Below are positions 55,037 through 62,083 of a stretch of 64,000 bases of DNA, piece after piece. Both the position numbers and the translations under genes were made by a program. The number at the start of each line of letters is the position of its first letter. Position 1 is the first letter of the stretch. The stretch is from positions 11,256-75,255 of the IMG/VR virus record IMGVR_UViG_3300045971_001064; one strand, given 5' to 3'. A model generated the notes under the pieces. It saw only the letters and a program-made list of their open reading frames with translations, searched no databases and was not told the origin of the DNA. The stretch comes from a virus.

Positions 55037-55393
55037 ATGGCCAGCCTTCGCCTTCCAGCCGTCACCACCTCGACCACCGCCGTCGGTACCTCCACCGGGT
55101 ACCTCGCCCTCGCCACCACCGTGGGCATCACCCGCCACGCCGTGCTCCAAGTCACTGCCGCAGGCGGCGGCGACGGCGGGTGGCTGTTGCAGGTCGACAG
55201 CATCGTCGATGGCACGCACCTCATCGCGCGCCAGTGCGGCTTCATCGCCGACAGCCCGGTGAACCCGGGCGTGCGCAACCCGCAGAACCTGTCCATCATC
55301 CCGAACGGCGCCGTCGTCGTGATGCCTGAGCAGTGGGTCGCTGACCTGTACTCTGACGACGCTCCGGACTCGCTCTCCATCCCCACCAAGTAG
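55037..55393 (+). CDS. Hypothetical late / virion protein
   Basis: SD GGAGA; beta-rich. Confidence 0.6.
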   Translation: MASLRLPAVTTSTTAVGTSTGYLALATTVGITRHAVLQVTAAGGGDGGWLLQVDSIVDGTHLIARQCGFIADSPVNPGVRNPQNLSIIPNGAVVVMPEQWVADLYSDDAPDSLSIPTK

Positions 55394-55407
55394 TCGAGGG
55401 GTAGCAC

Positions 55408-55821
55408 ATGTCAGACCGCGCGCAGGGGCCAGCTTGCGAGTGGCATGAGGAACGCATCTCTCGCAACGAAGACTCCTTGTCTGACGTGGCGGTGCAGATG
55501 GCTGGCATGAGTGAGCAGTTGAAGCACATGGTCGAGAAGGTTGGCGAGGTCGGCACTCGTCTCGGCGGCGACATCGACCGCTTCCGCGAGGCCAACGAGG
55601 CCGGGCAGAAGAAGCTGATGGTCGAGGTCGAGGCTCTCAAGGTTGCCAACGCCGAGCAGGACGTCAAGCTCGGCACGCTGCTGGCTGACCGGGAGACGCG
55701 AGTGGCGCGCATCGAGGCGCTCAAGAAGGGCGCCGTCTGGGTCGTGGTGGCTCTTCTCGGTGCGGTCGCTACGAAGTGGGGCGAGGCGCTGTACGAGTGG
55801 TTCGCTAAGTCGAAGGGGTAG
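55408..55821 (+). CDS. Coiled-coil protein with a C-terminal TM (holin/hemolysin-like)
   Basis: Long heptad helix, then KKGAVWVVVALLGAVATKW. Confidence 0.6.
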   Translation: MSDRAQGPACEWHEERISRNEDSLSDVAVQMAGMSEQLKHMVEKVGEVGTRLGGDIDRFREANEAGQKKLMVEVEALKVANAEQDVKLGTLLADRETRVARIEALKKGAVWVVVALLGAVATKWGEALYEWFAKSKG

Positions 55822-55824
55822 CTA

Positions 55825-56148
55825 ATGGGAATGGCCGGAACGCGCGACATCCTCGGCAAGTCCGCCATCGCGACCGTGGGTGTCGTTCTGCTCAAGGTCC
55901 TGTTCGCTGGCGCCTCCGTGAAGCTGGGTGAGCAGGCGTACTCCTTTGGGACTATCGACGCGGGCATGGTTGCCGCCCTCCTGACGCCGACGCTCGGCGC
56001 GTACGTGGCCAGCCTTCACGAACGGTTCGAGGATGAGGGGGCCGCACATGTGCCTACCGTCGCGCCAGTCGCGCTCATCGCTCCGATTGCGCCCATCGCC
56101 CCGGTGGCCCCTGTCGCTCCCATCGCTCCCATCGCTCCGGTGGCCTAG
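55825..56148 (+). CDS. Holin-like two-TM protein with a (I/V)AP repeat tail
   Basis: Two TMs; C-terminal VAPVALIAPIAPIAPVAPVAPIAPIAPVA. Confidence 0.55.
   Translation: MGMAGTRDILGKSAIATVGVVLLKVLFAGASVKLGEQAYSFGTIDAGMVAALLTPTLGAYVASLHERFEDEGAAHVPTVAPVALIAPIAPIAPVAPVAPIAPIAPVA
56059..56145 (+). repeat. Degenerate 9-bp tandem repeat encoding (I/V)AP
   Basis: atcgctccc / gtggcccct / gtcgcgcca units, about 9 copies. Confidence 0.75.
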
Positions 56149-56260
56149 CAGGCCTCCAGAGCAGCCCGCGGCAGCTTGGCTGCCGCTTCCACCACCCCTG
56201 CCCGAACGACGCCCCAGCGAGGCGCCCAGCCCCTCCAGCGGGGGTGTCTGGACCATCGAC

Positions 56261-56521
56261 CTAGTCGGGGACGAGGACTGAGGGGCGCTTCCAGAACCCC
56301 TCGCACCCGCAATCGCTGCACCCGCTCCACCAGAACTCCGGCAAGGCCTCGTCGATGGAGTCGCCCCGGATGTGCATGGGGACCGAGATGAGGGCCTCCG
56401 AGTGTCTGGATGCGCTGTGGTGGCACACGCAGGTGTCGAGCGACGCGGCCTTGAGGTCCGGCACCTCACGGCCAGCGAGGAGGTCTTCGGGGTGCTGGAT
56501 GACGACTGGCTGCCAGAGCAT
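56261..56521 (-). CDS. Cys/His hypothetical protein
   Basis: C.C.H....H...C..C.C..F. Confidence 0.5.
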   Translation of the reverse strand: MLWQPVVIQHPEDLLAGREVPDLKAASLDTCVCHHSASRHSEALISVPMHIRGDSIDEALPEFWWSGCSDCGCEGFWKRPSVLVPD

Positions 56522-56524
56522 GTG

Positions 56525-56677
56525 CTAGTCCTTCGGGGTGGCGAGGGCGCGGACGAGGAGGATGGCTGAGGTGCCGACGACCACCGCCACGCCGTAGGTC
56601 ACGGCGAGCGCGAGGCGAAGGGGCATCGCGGTCACGTTGTAGAACTGCGTGAGCTTCTGGTACTGGCGCTCGGTCAC
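56525..56677 (-). CDS. Small membrane protein
   Basis: GTGA overlap; one TM. Confidence 0.4.
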   Translation of the reverse strand: MTERQYQKLTQFYNVTAMPLRLALAVTYGVAVVVGTSAILLVRALATPKD

Positions 56678-56919
56678 GACCTGTACTCCATCGCCGCGGG
56701 CTGGCTGATGAAGCGCCGGGGCGGGTTGTTGGCCGGAGCCGAGACGACGAACGTGCCCTCGGGAGTGGTGATGGTGTCGAAGGGCGAGACGAGCCCGGTC
56801 ATCCACCCGAGCACGTCGATGTCCTTCGCATCGGGGCCAGCGACGCCGAGGTTCTCGGTGACGCCAGCGGGTCCGTGGAAGACGACGCTGCGGTCCGCGT
56901 TGAGGATGAGCCTAGCCAC
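56674..56919 (-). CDS. Hypothetical protein
   Basis: SD GGAGG. Confidence 0.5.
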   Translation of the reverse strand: MARLILNADRSVVFHGPAGVTENLGVAGPDAKDIDVLGWMTGLVSPFDTITTPEGTFVVSAPANNPPRRFISQPAAMEYRS

Positions 56920-57337
56920 GGCGAGCCTCCTTCTTCTGCTGGTCGTACTCCTGCCACATCTGCCAGAGCGCGAGCAGGCTGATGGCCTCCTCGGGCGTGG
57001 AGACGTGCATCACCTGCGGCAAGCGGTAGAAGACGTTGCGGTCGCCCTGCCTGCCCTTGTCGTCGAACCAGCCCACGACGATGACGCGCTTGCCGTAGGC
57101 GAGAGCGGCGCCGCACTCGATGTTGGCGCCGAGCATGCCGTCCTCCCAGAGGAGCACCAGCACCTGCGAGGCCCGGACGGCCATCAGGTCGGTGGCGGCG
57201 ATGGCCGCGTCGGTGGCGTCGTAGGCGCACTTGGGGCCGATGGCCCAGTTGTGCGTGACCTCGTGGCCAGCAGCGTTCAGCAGGGCGACGAAGTCGATGC
57301 AGCGCTGGCGGTCACGGCTCGCAGGGTAGACCTTCAC
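56912..57337 (-). CDS. Nucleoside 2-deoxyribosyltransferase-like protein
   Basis: KVY.AS...GHEV...W...DL.AV..S..LV.....GA.IE.G.ALA.GK.V.VVG...N.FY. Confidence 0.75.
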   Translation of the reverse strand: MKVYPASRDRQRCIDFVALLNAAGHEVTHNWAIGPKCAYDATDAAIAATDLMAVRASQVLVLLWEDGMLGANIECGAALAYGKRVIVVGWFDDKGRQGDRNVFYRLPQVMHVSTPEEAISLLALWQMWQEYDQQKKEARRG

Positions 57338-57555
57338 GGGTAGTTCCTCCGGTCGGTGATGGCGTTGATGTTGACGCGGGTCGCGTACTTGAGCCCCACC
57401 AGCCGCTCTTCCTGCTGTGACGGGAAGAGAGTTGGGCTGTCGTCGCTGACGTTGACCTCAAGGCCAGCGGCCCTGAGAGCATCCGCGATGGCAGCGGCGA
57501 TGGTGCTCTTGCCCGAGTTGAGCGGCCCGTTGATGGTGATGTGGACGTTCTTCAT
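57334..57555 (-). CDS. Short P-loop protein (truncated kinase-like)
   Basis: ITINGPLNSGKST Walker A in only 73 aa. Confidence 0.6.
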   Translation of the reverse strand: MKNVHITINGPLNSGKSTIAAAIADALRAAGLEVNVSDDSPTLFPSQQEERLVGLKYATRVNINAITDRRNYP

Positions 57556-58064
57556 GGCTGCTTCCAGCCGAGCAGGTTGTCGAGGTGGTCCCACATGCGG
57601 ATGATGATGAAGCTGTGCTCGCGGGAAAAGAGCGCCTCGCGGAACTCGGTGTACTCCTTCACGTACATGGCGAGCTTCTTCTCGTTGGGGCCGCGGACCG
57701 AGGTCTCGACGTTGGCGATGCGGTCGGCCAGCTTCACCAGCAGGCCCTGCTGCCCGGCCGCCCTGATGCGCGGGTAGGTGCGGGCGTGGCGCTCCTTCCG
57801 GTTCTCGCCGGGCTGGTCGCTGACCGCGTCCACGAGGTAGGCCACCCGGGGGCCGAAGATGGTCGAGATGTCGTGGAAGGTGACCTTGGTGTCCTCGATG
57901 GTGTCGTGGAGGTAGGTGGCCTCGTAGACGTCGTGGTTGTCGTCGTCGACGTCGAAGCGGCGGAGCACGTCGACCGCGTGGTCGAGGTGGGTGATGTAGT
58001 GCCCGGAGCCGTACTGCTGCCCGATGTGGGCGGCGTAGGCGAAGGCGCGTGCTGGGGTGGTCAT
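57552..58064 (-). CDS. HD-domain hydrolase (SpoT/Mesh1-like)
   Basis: FA..AH.GQ....YI.H...V...A.YLHD.IEDT...LV.AV....LVKLADR..N. Confidence 0.88.
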   Translation of the reverse strand: MTTPARAFAYAAHIGQQYGSGHYITHLDHAVDVLRRFDVDDDNHDVYEATYLHDTIEDTKVTFHDISTIFGPRVAYLVDAVSDQPGENRKERHARTYPRIRAAGQQGLLVKLADRIANVETSVRGPNEKKLAMYVKEYTEFREALFSREHSFIIIRMWDHLDNLLGWKQP

Positions 58065-58099
58065 GGTGCTGTTGTACTCCTACTGGGGCTGGGTGTCAA
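58062..58099 (-). promoter_or_regulatory. Sigma70-type leaderless promoter P11
   Basis: TTGACA-N17-TACAAC-N6-ATG. Confidence 0.8.
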
Positions 58100-58517
58100 G
58101 CGCCTTCTTGCGGAAGGGGCGGAGGGCCATGACGAGGCGCTTCAGGTCGTCGTCGGACAGGGCCTCGACCAGTTCGCGGTCAACGACCGAGCGGTCGAGG
58201 TAGAAGAGGACGCTGTTGACCAGCTTGCGGCGAGCGAGGAGCTTGTCGATTTCCTCGGTCCACGGGCGCATGTACTCCGTCCAGCCCCACGAGCCGCCGT
58301 GTCGCGCAGTGCCGTCGGGAGAGAACTTGTCGATGCCGTCAGAGCCCTTCTCGCGGATGCGAAATGCGCCAGTCGGCGTGATGCGCTCGACGGTGGACTT
58401 GGTGTAGCGCTCGCCTTGAGGTCCGCCGCGCGTGTCGCAGTAGACGCAGACGACGTCACCGACCTTCAAGGACTTCAGCCACGCCTTGTGGGCGTCCGCG
58501 GGCCAGATGCTGCTCAC
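58080..58517 (-). CDS. Hypothetical protein (SH3-like N-part)
   Basis: LKVGD.V...VERITPTG..R...KF..DG. Confidence 0.55.
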   Translation of the reverse strand: MSSIWPADAHKAWLKSLKVGDVVCVYCDTRGGPQGERYTKSTVERITPTGAFRIREKGSDGIDKFSPDGTARHGGSWGWTEYMRPWTEEIDKLLARRKLVNSVLFYLDRSVVDRELVEALSDDDLKRLVMALRPFRKKALDTQPQ

Positions 58518-58657
58518 GGCTTTCTCCAGAAGATGGCGATGGTGGCGCGCAGCCAGTTCATGAAGCGCTCCTTCGTCTCGGCCCACTCGTCGACGTAGGC
58601 GAGATGCCAGCCGAGGCCCTTGCAGGACTCGCACGGCTTCTTGTAGGTGGCCGTCAT
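58514..58657 (-). CDS. Small protein with a CxxCxGxG motif
   Basis: CESCKGLG. Confidence 0.45.
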   Translation of the reverse strand: MTATYKKPCESCKGLGWHLAYVDEWAETKERFMNWLRATIAIFWRKP

Positions 58658-58812
58658 GACTGGCGCTCCTTGAGCTTCTTGTCGAAGGCGACCTGCTTCT
58701 TGTCGGTCCATCCGCAGGACGGGCAGCGCCCGTGGATGAGGTCGCTGCGAGCCATCGCAGCGCCGCAGTCGCGGCACTCGAACTTCTCGATGGCCACGTA
58801 CCAGCGGGTCAC
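58654..58812 (-). CDS. Small zinc-ribbon protein
   Basis: CRDC..CPSC. Confidence 0.45.
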   Translation of the reverse strand: MTRWYVAIEKFECRDCGAAMARSDLIHGRCPSCGWTDKKQVAFDKKLKERQS

Positions 58813-58997
58813 GTCGTCACCTTGGTCCAGCCGCCTTCGAGCAGCCTCTTGCCGTGGAGGGTGCAGGCGCGCTGCGGCTTGCCCCACGAGACCTCCTTCT
58901 TCTCCACGGTCATCGTCGCCGTGTTCTGGCATCGAGCCAGCGGGGCCAGCGGGTTGCGCCACGCCTTCTTCGTCGTCTTGCTCTCGCACATCATCAC
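58809..58997 (-). CDS. Hypothetical protein
   Basis: C...C...C..H. Confidence 0.45.
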   Translation of the reverse strand: MMMCESKTTKKAWRNPLAPLARCQNTATMTVEKKEVSWGKPQRACTLHGKRLLEGGWTKVTT

Positions 58998-59515
58998 GGG
59001 TGCTCCTTCTTGTACTCGGCGGCGACCTGCTCGGCCTCGGCGAGGAACTTGGCTGCCTTCTCACGGTTGGTCTGGGCGTACTTGCGGTGCTGGCCTGCCT
59101 TCTTCTCGTTCTTCATCTCGTCGAACTTGTCGGCCTTGTCGTCGTCGTTGACGGCCAGCTTGGCCCACTTCTCCGCCTCGTCGCGCAGCCGCTGGAGCTT
59201 GTTGGCGGTCTCGTCGTACTCGGTGGGCCTGCCCAGCGCCCGCCAGTGCTCGACAGCCGCCGATGCCGCGGAGGGCATGTGCGCCGACGAGTCGACCACC
59301 ACCAGCTTGCCGGTCTCGCGCCGCACGTCGTCGGCGTCCTCTTCCAGCTTGGTCACGTCCACGTCCCAGTCCTTCACCATACGCCCCTCGACGATGGTCT
59401 CGGCGAGGGTGCGAGCCTTGGGCTTACGCTCCCCGAGCGCGGCGCGCATCGCGGTGTACTTGGCTTGCTGGGCGGCTCGAATCTCGGCTGCACGCTGGGC
59501 GTAGGGATAGTTCAT
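58994..59515 (-). CDS. Helical hypothetical early protein (leaderless)
   Basis: Start set by P12. Confidence 0.65.
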   Translation of the reverse strand: MNYPYAQRAAEIRAAQQAKYTAMRAALGERKPKARTLAETIVEGRMVKDWDVDVTKLEEDADDVRRETGKLVVVDSSAHMPSAASAAVEHWRALGRPTEYDETANKLQRLRDEAEKWAKLAVNDDDKADKFDEMKNEKKAGQHRKYAQTNREKAAKFLAEAEQVAAEYKKEHP

Positions 59516-59550
59516 GAGAGGATTGTACCACGGCTACAGACGCTTGTCAA
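59513..59550 (-). promoter_or_regulatory. Sigma70-type leaderless promoter P12
   Basis: TTGACA-N17-TACAAT-N6-ATG. Confidence 0.88.
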
Positions 59551-59998
59551 GTTCTCCCGCGATGAGGTCGCCCACGTGGGAGTCGCCGAGGACGAGGAGA
59601 GTGGTGCCGTCGGGGAGGGTGCGCACGCGGTGGAGCAACTGGTCCGGCGGAAGAACGAAGGCCCTCAGGAGAGCCGCGGTCCGCTCGCGGGTGATGGCCT
59701 CGAACTCGTGCATGATGTCGCCGATGGGCTGGAGCATCAGAGGGGCGTTGTCGCCGCACGAGCCCCACGCGCAGCCGTGCTGGCAGCCGTACTTGCCGTG
59801 ACGCTTGTGGCCGCAGCGGCAGCCGATGACGTTCCACTGGCCGCGGATGGGCGTGCGGTGGCCGGGCATCCAGTCGTAGAGCTTGCCGCCCTGCGCCAGC
59901 CGGACGCGACGGCTCTTCGCCCAGTAGCGGGACCGGCGGTCCTTCTTCGCGTTGTGGAGGCGGCGGTAGTGCTTCTGGAGCTTGGTGACTCGGGACAT
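59534..59998 (-). CDS. Basic hypothetical protein with a Cys cluster (leaderless)
   Basis: TTGCGC-N17-TAGGAT-N6-ATG upstream (CGTGCTA class). Confidence 0.55.
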   Translation of the reverse strand: MSRVTKLQKHYRRLHNAKKDRRSRYWAKSRRVRLAQGGKLYDWMPGHRTPIRGQWNVIGCRCGHKRHGKYGCQHGCAWGSCGDNAPLMLQPIGDIMHEFEAITRERTAALLRAFVLPPDQLLHRVRTLPDGTTLLVLGDSHVGDLIAGELDKRL

Positions 59999-60043
59999 GT
60001 CGACATCCTAGCACGGCTCGAAGCCGCGCGCAATCTAGAACGC

Positions 60044-60430
60044 ATGGGACTGAAGCTCTACCTCGATGATAATCGCCCGACTCCGCCCGGCTGGACGGCC
60101 GCTCACACCGCCGAGGACGTGCAGCTTCACCTGCTCCACGGCGACGTCGACGACCTCAGCATCGACCGCGACCTCGACATGCCTCACTGCGAGACCTGCC
60201 AGATGCAGTGCGGGCACCACGGGCACAACCACCCCGACGGCCAGCCGCAGAAGGACTGCGCTCACCGCTGCGACTGCCACAACGCGGGCGAGGTGAACGG
60301 CGAGGACCTGACGGAGTGGATGGCTCAGACCGGCCGCTGGCCGAAGAACAGGCCCACGGTCCACTCGCACAACCTGCACGGGGGCATGCGCATCGCCACC
60401 ACCATCGGCGAGCACTTCCCCAAAAAGTAG
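60044..60430 (+). CDS. Cyclic-phosphate-processing receiver-like domain with a Cys/His insertion
   Basis: KLYLDD.R..P.GW....T.E.....LSIDRDL...G.D...W....WP....VHSHN..G; CAATCTAG 7 nt upstream. Missed by the ORF track, which fused it into a longer frame. Confidence 0.75.
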   Translation: MGLKLYLDDNRPTPPGWTAAHTAEDVQLHLLHGDVDDLSIDRDLDMPHCETCQMQCGHHGHNHPDGQPQKDCAHRCDCHNAGEVNGEDLTEWMAQTGRWPKNRPTVHSHNLHGGMRIATTIGEHFPKK

Positions 60431-60517
60431 TGAGCGGGCACGACGGTAGGCACGGCGCCCCGCTCTGTTCAAGGTGACCCGGAAACCTCCTACAAAGAGT
60501 CCGGCACCCAGAAGCTC

Positions 60518-60802
60518 TTACTCCTCCTGCTCCGCCGCGGCCTCGGCTGCCAGCGTGAGCGCCGCCTGCTCCAGCGCGGTCTCGAACTGCACCTCCAGCA
60601 GCGCCGCCTGCCCGCTCGGCGTCAGCGGCTTGGGGAGCACGACCTTGTAGCCCTTCTTCACGCCGAAGAGCACGGCCGCGTTCAGCGTCCGGAAGGTCTT
60701 GGGGAAGAAGTGGGGCGTGGAAATCTGGAAGCCGCTCGGGTCGTAGGCCCGGCGCGAGAAGACGTTGCCCTGCTTGGTGATGACGGCGGTCAACTGGCTC
60801 AT
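60518..60802 (-). CDS. Hypothetical protein
   Basis: SD GGAG; CGTGC-TATGGT promoter at 60869-60879. Confidence 0.55.
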   Translation of the reverse strand: MSQLTAVITKQGNVFSRRAYDPSGFQISTPHFFPKTFRTLNAAVLFGVKKGYKVVLPKPLTPSGQAALLEVQFETALEQAALTLAAEAAAEQEE

Positions 60803-60904
60803 GTGCTGCTCCGTGGACTGCGGGTTGCGTTGGGTGCCGATTCCCAACCCTCTGTTGGCGACAGGTCTACCATAGCACGCAGCCACATGCTCCGCCACCA
60901 GAAG

Positions 60905-60911
60905 TAATCTA
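60905..60911 (+). promoter_or_regulatory. Putative late promoter TAATCTA
   Basis: Heads the chaperone / tape measure island. Confidence 0.6.
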
Positions 60912-60971
60912 CTCCCTGAAGGCGACTGTCGGTCCCGACGGCGCCACCCTCACCCAAATAGGAGCACCGAC

Positions 60972-61376
60972 ATGGCTCAAGCCAAGACCCCCGAAGGCGT
61001 TCTCTTCTCCATCCACCTTGTCGGCGACACGACCGGCAAGCTCTGGACCGGCGAGTTCCGAGCCAAGCCTGTGCTCACCTTCCGTGACAAGCTCCAGTCC
61101 GACCGCATGAAGCGCGACATGCTCGGCGGCGACGGGGCTGGCGCGAGCGCCGAGTCCATCGTGGCCTCGACCATCATCGGCGACCTGACCGTCCGCCTCA
61201 CCGAGACGCCCGAGTGGTGGAAGGAGTCGCAGGGCGGGCTCGGCTTGCAGGACTACAACGTGCTGGAGGCCGTCTACGAGGGCGCCAAGAAGGTGGAGAA
61301 GGAGCACGTCAAGGCCATCGAAGAGGCTGGCAAGAAGGCCGAAGCCGCTCTGCGCGACCCGCCGGAGAAGAAGTAA
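60972..61376 (+). CDS. Tail assembly chaperone
   Basis: 134 aa upstream of the tape measure; G.F.A...LT..D...PEWW....D.NV...VY. Confidence 0.7.
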   Translation: MAQAKTPEGVLFSIHLVGDTTGKLWTGEFRAKPVLTFRDKLQSDRMKRDMLGGDGAGASAESIVASTIIGDLTVRLTETPEWWKESQGGLGLQDYNVLEAVYEGAKKVEKEHVKAIEEAGKKAEAALRDPPEKK

Positions 61377-61501
61377 TGCTGCACGAGCCCCGCTGCCTCA
61401 AGTGCGGCACCAACCGCTGCCTGCTCGTCTACCGTCGCAACGACGGCAAGCCTGAGTGGGTCTGCGCCATCTGCTCAGGCCTCGCTCGCCCGAAGGAATA
61501 G
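61376..61501 (+). CDS. 41-aa zinc-finger protein
   Basis: CLKC...CAIC; TAATG overlap. Confidence 0.5.
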   Translation: MLHEPRCLKCGTNRCLLVYRRNDGKPEWVCAICSGLARPKE

Positions 61502-62077
61502 GTGGACTACTACCAAGCACTCCAGCTTCGCTCGATGCTGGCCGTCAAGCAACCTGACGGCGAGGCCTTCATGCGTCGGGTGAAGAGGTACTACTCGAAG
61601 ACCTTCAGCGTGCCGCTGCCGGACGTTGACGACATCCCCGAGGAGGACGTGCTGGTAGCCTTCTACGAAGAGACCTTCAGCGAGATGTCTGAGGACGACC
61701 GCGACGAGCTTCTCGACGAAATCATGATGACCCCGGAGGAGCGCGTCGCCCGTGAGAAGGCTCACGAGAAGATGGACGAGCGCGACGAGGAGTTCATGAA
61801 GAAGCTGAACGAGGACATCAAGTCCGGCAAGCGCCGCGGGCCTCCTCCCGAGCGGCCCAAGCCCAAGGTCGCCGCATCCCCGGCCGACCCCAAGGAGAAG
61901 GCGCGGCTCATCAAGCAGCGCATCGCGACTGGCATCATGGTGCCGAGCGCGACCGACGGCGACTTTGCCCTGCCTCCTGCTCCTCCCGACATCCACATGA
62001 AGTTCGGGGAAGAGGGTGGCAATCTACCTGCTGAATGGGCCTCCATGGACCCAGTCGTCACTACCCCCAAGAAGTAG
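61502..62077 (+). CDS. Pre-tape-measure tail chaperone-like protein
   Basis: R..KRYYSKTF.VPL...; acidic; directly before the tape measure. Confidence 0.6.
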   Translation: MDYYQALQLRSMLAVKQPDGEAFMRRVKRYYSKTFSVPLPDVDDIPEEDVLVAFYEETFSEMSEDDRDELLDEIMMTPEERVAREKAHEKMDERDEEFMKKLNEDIKSGKRRGPPPERPKPKVAASPADPKEKARLIKQRIATGIMVPSATDGDFALPPAPPDIHMKFGEEGGNLPAEWASMDPVVTTPKK

Positions 62078-62083
62078 GTCATC

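Noticed and set aside
19388-59550. Recurring ~40-nt sequences read as a CRISPR array or integron attC sites
   Set aside because: They are dispersed, not regularly spaced and not palindromic. They are fully explained as -35/-10 promoters, and no cas or integrase gene is in the window.
60972-62077. Programmed -1 frameshift between the tail chaperones
   Set aside because: There is no XXXYYYZ slippery site near the first stop, and a separate small ORF intervenes.
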